A stretch of 64,000 bases of DNA from an uncultured Methanosarcinales archaeon (GCA_964593285.1 CAZQHZ010000005.1:1-64000), one strand, 5' to 3'. Shown: positions 34,087-43,972, counted from the first letter of the stretch. Notes: generated by a model not told the origin, from the sequence alone. Numbers and translations: made by a program.

Positions 34087-34692
34087 TTAAGGATATAAAT
34101 AAACCCTTTCTGATGTAATTACATCTGGTGTTACAAATTCTGTTAATGTTGGTGTTCCAATTCTTGGAATGAAATTTAATCTAACTGTTTCATCTTCTCC
34201 AATTTCTCCAACAGCTTTATAACAAATTCTTATTACATCTCCTCTTTGCAAATTTCCAGCAACATGATTACTTCCTTCTTGCTCATAAACTACAGCAAAA
34301 TATCCTTCTCCAGTTGTTTGATTTGTAGAATAACCTGTAGCTTCATCTTCAATACATCCTGTTGCATCAGCATTATATTTTAAAGTAGATGAAGTGTTTT
34401 GCGTGTTAAATGTAAAAATTACTTGATCTAATTTTATCGAATCAGAACCAGGTGACAATTTCATCAACTGTTCAAAATCTGTTAAATTACCAGAACTTCC
34501 ATCTGTAGCAGAAACCTCTATTACTTGTGCGTTTGTTGAAATCTGCGTTCTTGCTTGTTGACCGGTTGCAAGTGATTTTTCTTGCAATGATCCTACTGTT
34601 TGAATTAAAACACCAGCAGCAACTGCTGCTACTAAAAGCATAGCAATAAATACTATTAATGTGCCTACACCCATTTCAGCTTTCTTATTCAT
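34087..34692 (-). CDS. flaB: Archaellin (ArlB/FlaB family)
   Basis: KKA|EMGVGTLIVFIAMLLVAAVAAGVLI, KLSPGSDSI.L and LQRGD; SD GGGGTG before ATG 34692. Confidence 0.92.
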   Translation of the reverse strand: MNKKAEMGVGTLIVFIAMLLVAAVAAGVLIQTVGSLQEKSLATGQQARTQISTNAQVIEVSATDGSSGNLTDFEQLMKLSPGSDSIKLDQVIFTFNTQNTSSTLKYNADATGCIEDEATGYSTNQTTGEGYFAVVYEQEGSNHVAGNLQRGDVIRICYKAVGEIGEDETVRLNFIPRIGTPTLTEFVTPDVITSERVYLYP

Positions 34693-34724
34693 TCTTTTAT
34701 ACACCCCTGTAAATTGTTTTAAAA

Positions 34725-34776
34725 TTATTTACTATTTAATTACAAAACTATTAACTAAAATTGTGATAGTAAATAA
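34725..34776. promoter_or_regulatory. Inverted repeat in the archaellin 5' leader
   Basis: Perfect 11-bp TTATTTACTAT / ATAGTAAATAA between the TATA (about 34811-34818) and the SD. Confidence 0.45.
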
Positions 34777-34885
34777 ACCCCTTTTTTAGTAAAAATTATA
34801 TAATAACTACTATATAAATCTTTTGGATTTTTTAAAATAATTATTAGATAAATATTTATAATAGTAGAAATCTAATAAAAAGATA

Positions 34886-36211
34886 ATGTTTGATATAATC
34901 GTTGGTAGAAATAAAAAAGATGCTGAGAAATTTGGCACAAAAGGAACCATCTTTCTTGGAAGACAATATATTCAAATGGGACAAGTAACATCTCTATCTA
35001 ATAATGTATTTATGGATATGTTAAGAGCCCATGTTGTTTTTATATGTGGAAAACGAGGTGGCGGGAAATCTTACACTATGGGTGTTATTGCAGAAGGAAT
35101 GGCATCACTACCATTTGAAATTGCACAAAATTTAAGCATTATTTTACTTGATACTATGGGTATTTATTGGACTATGAAATATGGGAATATGAAAGAAGAA
35201 AAAATGCTACATGGTTGGAAAATAGAACCAAAACCACTTGACATTAAAATATATACACCAAAAGGATTTTATTATAAATTTAAAGAAGAAGGTATTCCAA
35301 CAGATGAGCCTTTTTCAATTAAACCTTCAGAATTAAACTCTCAAGATTGGTGCATTACATTTGAAATTTCACAAATGAGTCCAATGGGTGTATTAATTGA
35401 AAGAACAATAAATCAACTAAAAGATATACAAACAGATTATTCTATTGAAGATATTATTGCAACTATTAGAAAAGATATTAGATCTGATAAAAATGTAGTT
35501 GATGCTGTTGAGAATATGTTTTTAAACACTCTTGAATGGGGATTATTTGATAAGGAAGGAACTAAATTAAGAGACCTTGCAGCTTCTGGACAAGTTACAG
35601 TTTTAGATGTGTCATGTTATTCACTTATGCAAAACAGCTGGAAAATTAAATCATTAGTTATAGGATTAGTTTCACAAAAATTATTTAATCAGCGAATGGA
35701 AGCTAGAAAAACTGAAGAATTTAATGATGTAAATGATTCAGTTCATTACCTTTCTTCAAATAAAGAAACAAAACAAGAAATGCCACTTGTTTGGCTTGTT
35801 GTCGATGAAGCTCATGAATTCTTACCAATAAATGAAAAAACTATGGCAACAGATCCTTTAGTTACTATATTAAGAGAAGGAAGACAGCCTGGAATTTCAT
35901 TAATTTTAGCAACACAGCAACCAGGGAAAATACATACAGATGTTATGACACAATCAGATACAGTTATTAGCCATAGAATAACTACAAAAATAGATATTGA
36001 TGCATTAAGCATGTTAATGCAAAGTTATATGAGAGAAGGATTAAATAAAATGTTTGATAATTTACCAAGAATAAAAGGTTCTGCCATTATTTTTGATGAT
36101 ACAAATGAACGAATGTACCCTGTACAAATTAGACCAAGATTTACATGGCATGGTGGTGAATCACCAGTAGCCTACCATAAAAAAGAAAAAAAGACATTAT
36201 TTGATGATTAA
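34886..36211 (+). CDS. HerA/VirB4-like P-loop ATPase (DUF87)
   Basis: GKRGGGKS, VVDEAHEF, REGRQPG and LATQQP motifs. Confidence 0.88.
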   Translation: MFDIIVGRNKKDAEKFGTKGTIFLGRQYIQMGQVTSLSNNVFMDMLRAHVVFICGKRGGGKSYTMGVIAEGMASLPFEIAQNLSIILLDTMGIYWTMKYGNMKEEKMLHGWKIEPKPLDIKIYTPKGFYYKFKEEGIPTDEPFSIKPSELNSQDWCITFEISQMSPMGVLIERTINQLKDIQTDYSIEDIIATIRKDIRSDKNVVDAVENMFLNTLEWGLFDKEGTKLRDLAASGQVTVLDVSCYSLMQNSWKIKSLVIGLVSQKLFNQRMEARKTEEFNDVNDSVHYLSSNKETKQEMPLVWLVVDEAHEFLPINEKTMATDPLVTILREGRQPGISLILATQQPGKIHTDVMTQSDTVISHRITTKIDIDALSMLMQSYMREGLNKMFDNLPRIKGSAIIFDDTNERMYPVQIRPRFTWHGGESPVAYHKKEKKTLFDD

Positions 36212-36396
36212 ATAAAATTTAGGATATTTTCTCTTAAAAACTATTTTTTTACGAATCTTTTCTTATATATTTAAAATATTTGTGTAACTACGCTATAATT
36301 TATAATTAACAAAATAACAAAATTTATATATAAGCTATATCTTAATATACATAAATATATACTAGATTATGATAATGAATATTGAGGCGGATAAAA

Positions 36397-37104
36397 ATGG
36401 ATATAGAAAAATTAAAAAAAGTTAATCAGCTTGCAACTACCCTAAGGCAACAAGGACTAGCTCCTGGTAGAGATGATGCAGCAAAAATGGCAAGTAGCAT
36501 GAATTTAAATTATAAAGATGACGATTTAAATTTAATAATGAATAATATGAATAATAACAATACCAATAATTTGGAAAATAATGAAAATAGAATAATAATT
36601 AATGATGAAATGCAACAAAACTTAACAGAAGAAAAAAAAACAAATAATGAAGAAACAATGAATCAAGAAAAAATAATGAATGTTTTGCAGACATTTGCTG
36701 ATCAATTTGTAGGTGAAATTAATAATTTAAATGAAAGAATGCAACAACAAAATCAAACAATTAATAACCTTTCAAATTACATCGAACACTTAAAAAAACA
36801 AAATAGTTATTTTGAAAATAAATTAAATAACATAAATTTAAATTCTAACACAATAGATAACAACAACAATAATGTTAGTAGTATTAATAATAATAATAAT
36901 AATAATAATAATCAAGAAAATAGACAATTTCAAAATAATACAGAACAGAGAAATAATATAAGTAATACAAGAAATGATTCTAACAATAATAACAACAATA
37001 ATAGTAATAGTAACAAAAAAGAAACAAACAATTCTCCAAGATCTGGAAATTTAAATTCAAACGATGTTTCGATTGAAAAATTTTTTTACTATGGTAATAG
37101 ATAA
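36397..37104 (+). CDS. Hypothetical protein with coiled coil and Asn-rich linker
   Basis: SD-like GAGGCGG; poly-Asn tracts; C-terminal PRSGNLNSNDVSIEKFFYYG. Confidence 0.8.
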   Translation: MDIEKLKKVNQLATTLRQQGLAPGRDDAAKMASSMNLNYKDDDLNLIMNNMNNNNTNNLENNENRIIINDEMQQNLTEEKKTNNEETMNQEKIMNVLQTFADQFVGEINNLNERMQQQNQTINNLSNYIEHLKKQNSYFENKLNNINLNSNTIDNNNNNVSSINNNNNNNNNQENRQFQNNTEQRNNISNTRNDSNNNNNNNSNSNKKETNNSPRSGNLNSNDVSIEKFFYYGNR

Positions 37105-37309
37105 TGAAGTTAATTTAATAGATAGTGTTATTTTATTAAATTACAAAAAAGAATGTATGAAATTTTTTATTTATTTATTTACATTTGTTTCTTTTAGTAA
37201 TTTGTTAATTAGGGATTTTGAAAATTTTAAATATGCAATTGACTATATAAAAATATTTTTTAAAATCATTTCCTAAAAATATTTAAATTGATAAATTAAT
37301 TTTTAAAAA

Positions 37310-37756
37310 ATGATTTTAAAACATAATAAAATAATGATTTTTGCAATTTTTTTATTTATTCTTATTATTTTTGCTAATTTAATAATTATAGTTATTAATT
37401 CAATTAATTCAACAAATGAAATAATTATAAAAGACAGCAAGGGTATAAATAATAATATTCAAGTTTTTAATGAAAAAGTTACTAGCAATATTCCTCTTGA
37501 AATTATAAATCGTGGAAATGAAAAATTAAATTTAAAAATAAAATTGGAATGTTTAAATTTTAAAAATTGTAATGATGATTTAATTAAATTAGAAAAAAAC
37601 AAAATATCTATTAATTCAAATATGTTAATGGTTGTTAATTTAAACATTAAATTATCAGAAATTAAAAAAAATCAAAAATCAAAATATAATGTTTCTTTAA
37701 TTAAAGAAAATAATGAATTATATGATTATTTAATATTAGATATCAAATTTGGATAA
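37310..37756 (+). CDS. Membrane-anchored Ig-like hypothetical protein
   Basis: N-terminal TM; LEIINRGNEKL beta-sandwich pattern. Confidence 0.65.
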   Translation: MILKHNKIMIFAIFLFILIIFANLIIIVINSINSTNEIIIKDSKGINNNIQVFNEKVTSNIPLEIINRGNEKLNLKIKLECLNFKNCNDDLIKLEKNKISINSNMLMVVNLNIKLSEIKKNQKSKYNVSLIKENNELYDYLILDIKFG

Positions 37757-37823
37757 ATAAATAAATAAATATTTAAACATAAAAAAAATAATTTTTAAAA
37801 AAATAAAAAAAGGTGATTATAAT

Positions 37824-39242
37824 ATGGATGTAAATGAAATGGTTAAAACATTAAATTCTAAACAGGAAGCATATGTAGATTTAAATTTAAAAAATCCAAA
37901 AAATGGTGAATACATGTTATGTGTTTTTCATTTTATTCCAGGTAAAGATTTAAATACACTGCAAGCTGCGGCTGAAATTGCAGCTGAATCATCAACTGGA
38001 ACAAATTTTAAAGTGAAAACAGAAACTGTATTTTCACGAGAAATGAATGCATTAGTTTATCAAGTTGATTTAGAAAAAAATTTAGTATGGATTGCATATC
38101 CTTGGCGATTGTTTGATAGACGAGGAAATGTTCAAAATATTTTAACTTACATTGTTGGAAATGTTCTTGGAATGAAACAAATTAGTGCTTTAAAATTACT
38201 TGATGTTTGGTTTTCTCAAACAATGCTTGAACAATATGATGGTCCAAGTTACACAATTGATGATATGCGTAAATATTTGGATGTTTATGATAGACCAATT
38301 CTTGGAACAATAGTAAAGCCAAAAATGGGCTTAACTTCGGCTGAATATGCTGAAGTTTGCTATGATTTTTGGTCTGGTGGTGGTGATTTTGTAAAAAATG
38401 ATGAACCACAAGCAGACCAGGATTTTTGCCCTTATGATAAAATGGTTTTACATGTTAAGGAAGCTATGGATAAAGTTGTTAAAGAAACTGGTAGAAAAAA
38501 AGTTCATTCATTTAATGTTTCAGCAGCTGACTTTGATACCATGATTAATAGATGCGAAATGATTAGAAATGCTGGATTTGAACCTGGAAGTTATTGTTTT
38601 TTAATTGATGGAATAACTGCTGGATGGATGGCTGTTCAAACTTTAAGAAGAAAATATCCTGATGTTTTTATTCACTTTCATAGAGCAGGACATGGTGGTT
38701 TTACTAGACCAGAAAATCCAATGGGTTTTTCAGTATTAGTATTATCAAAATTTGCAAGACTTGCAGGAACTTCTGGAATTCACACAGGAACTGCAGGTGT
38801 TGGTAAAATGAAGGGCGATAAAAAAGAAGATGTAACTGCTGCATTAAATATTTTAAAATTAAAAGGACATGGGCATTTTTTTGAACAAAATTGGTCAACA
38901 ATTTCAGAAACTGATGATGATTGTATTAATTTAGTAAATGAAGATAATGCGCACCATTTAATTTTACAAGATGATAGCTGGAGAGGTTTAAAAAAATGTT
39001 GCCCTATTGTTTCTGGTGGATTAAATCCTACATTATTAAAACCTTTTATTGATTTACTTGAAAGTGTAGATTTTATAACTACAATGGGTGCAGGCTGTCA
39101 TGCTCATCCAAAAGGAACAAAAGCTGGTGCAACAGCACTTGTTCAAGCATGTGAAGCATATAAACAAAAAATAGACATTCATGAGTATGCAAAAGAACAT
39201 GTAGAATTAAAAGAAGCAATAGAATTTTTTGAAAAAAAATAA
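37824..39242 (+). CDS. rbcL: Ribulose-1,5-bisphosphate carboxylase, form II/III
   Basis: AAESSTGT, KPKMGL, DFVKNDE, HFHRAGH, GVGKM and SGG motifs; C-terminal insertion before DDSWRG as in Methanococcoides-type enzymes. Confidence 0.95.
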   Translation: MDVNEMVKTLNSKQEAYVDLNLKNPKNGEYMLCVFHFIPGKDLNTLQAAAEIAAESSTGTNFKVKTETVFSREMNALVYQVDLEKNLVWIAYPWRLFDRRGNVQNILTYIVGNVLGMKQISALKLLDVWFSQTMLEQYDGPSYTIDDMRKYLDVYDRPILGTIVKPKMGLTSAEYAEVCYDFWSGGGDFVKNDEPQADQDFCPYDKMVLHVKEAMDKVVKETGRKKVHSFNVSAADFDTMINRCEMIRNAGFEPGSYCFLIDGITAGWMAVQTLRRKYPDVFIHFHRAGHGGFTRPENPMGFSVLVLSKFARLAGTSGIHTGTAGVGKMKGDKKEDVTAALNILKLKGHGHFFEQNWSTISETDDDCINLVNEDNAHHLILQDDSWRGLKKCCPIVSGGLNPTLLKPFIDLLESVDFITTMGAGCHAHPKGTKAGATALVQACEAYKQKIDIHEYAKEHVELKEAIEFFEKK

Positions 39243-39253
39243 ATTTTTATTTT

Positions 39254-39586
39254 TTATTTATTAATTAATTGAATAATTAATTCTTTTTCTTTTTTTGTAA
39301 TTTTAGAATCTAAATCATTATTTTGTATAAATTCTTCTAATTTATTTGTAAATTCTTGATTTTGTTTAATTGTATTATTAACATCTGTTTTAAAATTATA
39401 ACTATCTAAATTAGGACTACATTCATATATATCAACTCCTCTAGTTGCACAATCAACTGCATTTTGCATATCAAAAGCAAAATTAGCTGTTTTCAAACTT
39501 ATGTTTTCTGCACTATCAACTAATTGAAGTGAAAAAGTAAGTAGCATTACACCTAAAACTGGAAAAATAATTAATTCTCTTAACAT
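39254..39586 (-). CDS. Secreted hypothetical protein
   Basis: Signal peptide; Cys pair; SD-like AAGGGG. Confidence 0.7.
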   Translation of the reverse strand: MLRELIIFPVLGVMLLTFSLQLVDSAENISLKTANFAFDMQNAVDCATRGVDIYECSPNLDSYNFKTDVNNTIKQNQEFTNKLEEFIQNNDLDSKITKKEKELIIQLINK

Positions 39587-39740
39587 AATTAACCCCTTAT
39601 AAAATTATTTATTACTTAGAAGTAGTATTTTCTTATTTAAATCTTTTGTTTATATTTTAATAAAATTTAAATACTTGCTTTAATACTTTATTTTTTAAGT
39701 TTTTAAAAACAAAAATATATTTGTTTTTTAGGTGAATTAA

Positions 39741-40232
39741 ATGTATAAAAATAATTTTGGTGGTCAAAATAGACCAAATAGGTTTGCTCCTGTAAAACAA
39801 GGAGAAGAGTTAGATGTGACAATTGAAACTGTTGGTGAAAAAGGCGATGGTATTGCTAAAAAAGATGGTTTCGTTCTTTTTATTCCTAATGTAAAAGCAG
39901 GAGATAAAGTAAAAATAAAAGTTAACAAGGTTTTAAAAAAAGTTGGCTTTGCTGAAGTTATAGGAAAATCAACTTCTAATACAAGTGAATCAAATGTATT
40001 AAATCAAGATACTAAAACTGAAGAAAAAGAAGAAGAAATAAGTGAAGAAGATATGCAAAACGACAGTGAAGAATTTGGTGAAGAAACAGATGATTTAGAA
40101 GATGAACCAAAAGAAAAAGAAGACTTAGAAGAAACTGATGAAGAAATAAAAAATGATGATTATCAAAAAGATGACTTAGATGATAATATAGATGATTCAT
40201 TAGATTCTGATGAAGAAGAAAAACAAAAATAA
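39741..40232 (+). CDS. TRAM-domain RNA-binding protein with acidic tail
   Basis: PVKQGEELDVTIE.VGEKGDGIAK..GFVLFIP; SD AGGTGA. Confidence 0.92.
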   Translation: MYKNNFGGQNRPNRFAPVKQGEELDVTIETVGEKGDGIAKKDGFVLFIPNVKAGDKVKIKVNKVLKKVGFAEVIGKSTSNTSESNVLNQDTKTEEKEEEISEEDMQNDSEEFGEETDDLEDEPKEKEDLEETDEEIKNDDYQKDDLDDNIDDSLDSDEEEKQK

Positions 40233-40245
40233 TTTATTTTTAATT

Positions 40246-41286
40246 TTATTTTACTATTTTTATTGGTATTTTTTCTAACCCACAAAAATTTGTCCAGTAG
40301 TTATATGCTCCTGCATTTAAAAATATTATTTTATCATTAACTTTTGGATTTTTTAAAAAAACTCTGTATCTAAATATGTCTATAGAATCAGGAGTTATTC
40401 CTTTAATAGTATATGGCTTTCCTTCGTTTTCATCTAATTCACCTTCAACTATTAATCTTACATTTGCAACAAAAGTATCCATTGCAGCATTATACACTGA
40501 GCAACCAACAATGATATTATTATCATAGATACTTAATATTTTTGTTTCTAATTTAATTGCAGGTGCTGCAATAAATCTACCTGGTTCAATAATTAATTTA
40601 ATATTATTTTTATTTGCCAAAATTTTTGTATTTTCAATTTTTTTAACTATATTTTCAGTAACATCATAATTATAATTTTTATAAATTGAAGGAATTCCAC
40701 CACCAATATTAATAATATCAATATCAGAAAAAACCTCTTTTGTTAATACTTCATTTAATTCTTGTTCAATTGACCATTCACTTACATTTTGTGTTTTTCT
40801 ATGAAAATGAATACCAATTTTTGAAAATATTTTTTCATTTGCTAATTTTGGTATTAATTCATTTATTTGTCTTGAATAAAATCCGTATACAAAAAATTTT
40901 CCTGTATGGATTGTTTTTTCTTTAACCCTCATTCGAAGTAATAAATTTATATTGTTAATTTTTGTTTTTTTAATATAATCAATTATAAGATTTAAATCAT
41001 TCATATTATCTACAACAAAATTTTTTACATTATTTTTTATTAAATAATCAATTTCATTACTAGACCATGCTTGTGCAAAAAATATGATTCTATCATTAGC
41101 ATTAATTAATTTTAATTCATTAAAACTGTGGATTGAAAACATACAATCTGTATTTTCTTTTAAAATTAATCCAATATCAATATTAGTTTTAAATGAATAA
41201 GAAACAATATTACTTATTTTTTTAACTTCATTATGTTTTTTAATTGCTGTTGATTTACTTAACAAAAATGTTGCTTTGTTTTTCAT
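40246..41286 (-). CDS. Alanine-racemase-fold PLP decarboxylase (Orn/DAP/Arg family)
   Basis: YSFKTN, NIGGG, IEPGRF, G.TPDSID and NAGAY motifs. Confidence 0.88.
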   Translation of the reverse strand: MKNKATFLLSKSTAIKKHNEVKKISNIVSYSFKTNIDIGLILKENTDCMFSIHSFNELKLINANDRIIFFAQAWSSNEIDYLIKNNVKNFVVDNMNDLNLIIDYIKKTKINNINLLLRMRVKEKTIHTGKFFVYGFYSRQINELIPKLANEKIFSKIGIHFHRKTQNVSEWSIEQELNEVLTKEVFSDIDIINIGGGIPSIYKNYNYDVTENIVKKIENTKILANKNNIKLIIEPGRFIAAPAIKLETKILSIYDNNIIVGCSVYNAAMDTFVANVRLIVEGELDENEGKPYTIKGITPDSIDIFRYRVFLKNPKVNDKIIFLNAGAYNYWTNFCGLEKIPIKIVK

Positions 41287-41288
41287 TT

Positions 41289-42236
41289 TTAATCTTTAAG
41301 TGAAATAATTTTATCTTTATTTAATATTTCAAGTGCTCTAATCATTGCAAGTGGAAAAGTAATACTAACATCACCTATAACTGTTGCAGCATCAGTATCA
41401 TCTTTAATTTTACCCCAGCTTTTAGCTTCTTTTGTTGTAGCACCAGACATACTACCAGAAGTATGATTTGCTGTAGTCATATATACTGCATAATCAAGCC
41501 CACCATTAAGTAAACATGATAATATTGCATGATGCTTTGAGACACCACCACCAAGACTTATAATACCTTTAATATCATCTTGTGATGTAGTAAATAAGAT
41601 ATTTTTAAAATCGTATAATACATCTACTATAAAATCGTCATGTTCTTGCTGAAATAAAAATAAATGAAATCCAAAACTACCATCAGTAATTGCAGGACAA
41701 AATATAGGAATATTATTTTTTGCAGCTTGATATAAAATAGAATCTTCATCATCAAGCATTAATCCAATTTCTTTTAACATCTCTGATGTTGCCCATCGTT
41801 TTTTAATTGAATATAATTTATTTAACATTGGTCTAATTGAATCTTCAAACTTACAATAACTTTCATTTGAAATAAATAAATTTCCAACTCTATTAATTCC
41901 TTTTTCATATAATGCAAAATCATCAGGACTAAAAGTTCCTATACTAAATTTTTCACCTTTTGCTTTCATTATATCTTCTTCAATCCCACCAACAGTTGTA
42001 ACAATTACATTGCACATTTTTAATTTTATTAGTTGTGCAAAAAAACCTCGTAAACCTGAAGTTACCATGTTTGATGTAAATGTAAAATAAATTTTTGCAG
42101 AAGATTTTTTCATCTTAACAATAGCTTCACTTGCTTTTGCAAGTTCTATACTTTGAAATCCTAAATTAGAATAATTTTTAACTAAATCATTCACACTAAT
42201 TCCTTCCTTCCATTTAAAATCTTTAACATTTACCAT
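41289..42236 (-). CDS. dys: Deoxyhypusine synthase family protein
   Basis: FTSNMVTSGLR, NRVGN, PAITDGS, GGGVSKH and SGA...EAKSWGK. Confidence 0.93.
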   Translation of the reverse strand: MVNVKDFKWKEGISVNDLVKNYSNLGFQSIELAKASEAIVKMKKSSAKIYFTFTSNMVTSGLRGFFAQLIKLKMCNVIVTTVGGIEEDIMKAKGEKFSIGTFSPDDFALYEKGINRVGNLFISNESYCKFEDSIRPMLNKLYSIKKRWATSEMLKEIGLMLDDEDSILYQAAKNNIPIFCPAITDGSFGFHLFLFQQEHDDFIVDVLYDFKNILFTTSQDDIKGIISLGGGVSKHHAILSCLLNGGLDYAVYMTTANHTSGSMSGATTKEAKSWGKIKDDTDAATVIGDVSITFPLAMIRALEILNKDKIISLKD

Positions 42237-42436
42237 TAATTTAGAAGAAAAACGAATTATTTATAAAATTTATTGAATCTTTATTTTAAAGAAATTGAAA
42301 TATTTTTTATAAATTATTTTTGATAATAAAACATTTTAGCTTTAAAGTTACATTTATGAAATTTTTTAAAGTAATAAGTAGGTTTAAAATTTTACAAAAT
42401 TAAAATTATAATAAAAATAAAATTAAATAATAAATA

Positions 42437-43537
42437 CTATTTATTTTGATAATTTTTTTCTTTTAAATGAACATCCATCTGAGGAAATGGAATACCTATT
42501 CCTGCTTTATTTAGTGCATTATATAATCTTGTATTTGCTTCATCGAGCGAACTATATGCTTCACCAAATGTTTCCACATGAAAAAATGCTTTAAAATTCA
42601 ATGCAGAATCTGCCATTTCTAAAAATCTAACTAAAGGTTTTGGGTCATTTAAACATGATTTAATTTCTTTAATCTCTTTTAAAGCAATTTTTTTAACTTT
42701 TTCTATATCTGATCCATATTCTACACTAAATGGAACTACAACTCGTACTTGGTTTGTTGGTTGACTTATATTGGTAAATACAGTTTCTGCAAGTACGCCA
42801 TTTGGTACTATTACTATTTGACTGTCCCAATTTTTAATTTTTGTAGATCTAAACCCAACATTCATTATTTCTCCGCTAGTTAAATCATCTAATTTAATTA
42901 TTTGTCCTTCCTTAACATTTTCATCAAGAATTAAAGATATCCCACCAAAAATATTAGCAAGTGATTTTTGTAAAGCAAATGCAATTGCTATACCTCCAAT
43001 ACCTAGCCCTCCAAGTAAAGGCATAACTTCTATACCCCATGCACCTAAAACATATATAAAACCTAATATATAAAAAACAATTTTTATTGCTGTTCGTCCA
43101 AGACCTATTAATTCATCATCTATACTTGATTTGGTTTTCTTTGCCCATTTTTCCCCCCAATTTTCAAGTAAAATATCAGCAATTTTTATGATTATTACAG
43201 TCATTATCAAAATCAATAAAGTTTGCATAATATTATTTAATAATAAAACAATATTTTCAGATAAATTTAGTGGAATTAAAGCAAATTTAATTCCATAAAT
43301 TATAATTATCAGTGATATTGGATTATTTATTGCCTCAACAATTAAATCATCAATTTTAGTTTTTGTATTTTTTGTTAATTGTAATATTACTTTTTCAGAA
43401 ATATAAACTACTAATTTTGATACCACAAAAAATAATATAAATATAAAAAGTGAATATAAGAATTTGTATTTATCTTCTAGCAAAAAAGAAATATAATCTG
43501 TATTTTTTACGAATGCATCTAAATATTCAATTATCAT
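42437..43537 (-). CDS. mscS: Small-conductance mechanosensitive channel
   Basis: GLGIGGIAIAFALQ, GFRSTKI, VPN and IPFPQ motifs. Confidence 0.93.
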   Translation of the reverse strand: MIIEYLDAFVKNTDYISFLLEDKYKFLYSLFIFILFFVVSKLVVYISEKVILQLTKNTKTKIDDLIVEAINNPISLIIIIYGIKFALIPLNLSENIVLLLNNIMQTLLILIMTVIIIKIADILLENWGEKWAKKTKSSIDDELIGLGRTAIKIVFYILGFIYVLGAWGIEVMPLLGGLGIGGIAIAFALQKSLANIFGGISLILDENVKEGQIIKLDDLTSGEIMNVGFRSTKIKNWDSQIVIVPNGVLAETVFTNISQPTNQVRVVVPFSVEYGSDIEKVKKIALKEIKEIKSCLNDPKPLVRFLEMADSALNFKAFFHVETFGEAYSSLDEANTRLYNALNKAGIGIPFPQMDVHLKEKNYQNK

Positions 43538-43701
43538 TTAATTCCCCAATTCATTTTATCAATTTTATTCATATTATTTTTAATAATTTTTAATTTAAAT
43601 AATATAATTGGAAAATACACACATTAGTTATTTTACAATCACTAATTTAGTTTAATTATAAATTTTAGAAATATTCTAGTTTATATTATTTTTGGTTTAA
43701 A

Positions 43702-43923
43702 GTAAGTATAAAGTCTATATTTGAAAAAAGGCAACATCATAAGGTCAAAACTTTGTTATAACAAAAGATATAGTTCGCTTGCGAGGGGTTGGTTTATAAT
43801 CTCGTAAGATTATAAACTTTTGAACGCTAGTGATAGAACTCCATACGGGAACGCAGAACCTTTAATAAAATCATAAAAAGTTTTGAAGATATTGCCTTTT
43901 TTTATACCTGACTTTATACTTAC
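43702..43923. ncRNA. Candidate structured ncRNA or MITE (unidentified)
   Basis: Perfect 14-bp terminal IR, three further nested stems and a GC-richer multibranch core; no ORF. Confidence 0.6.
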
Positions 43924-43972
43924 GGTTTAAGGTTTAATATTATTAATAAATAAAGAAATTAATTTAAAAAAT

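Noticed and set aside
33761..34257. Archaellin duplicate as a DGR template/variable repeat pair
   Set aside because: Differences are not adenine-specific, they include indels, and no reverse transcriptase is in the window.
43820..43865. 5S rRNA or SRP RNA identity for the 43.7-kb element
   Set aside because: There is only a loose CCATAC..GAAC..GAA resemblance; the 5S helix layout and the SRP CAGG/GNRA/AGCA motif are absent.
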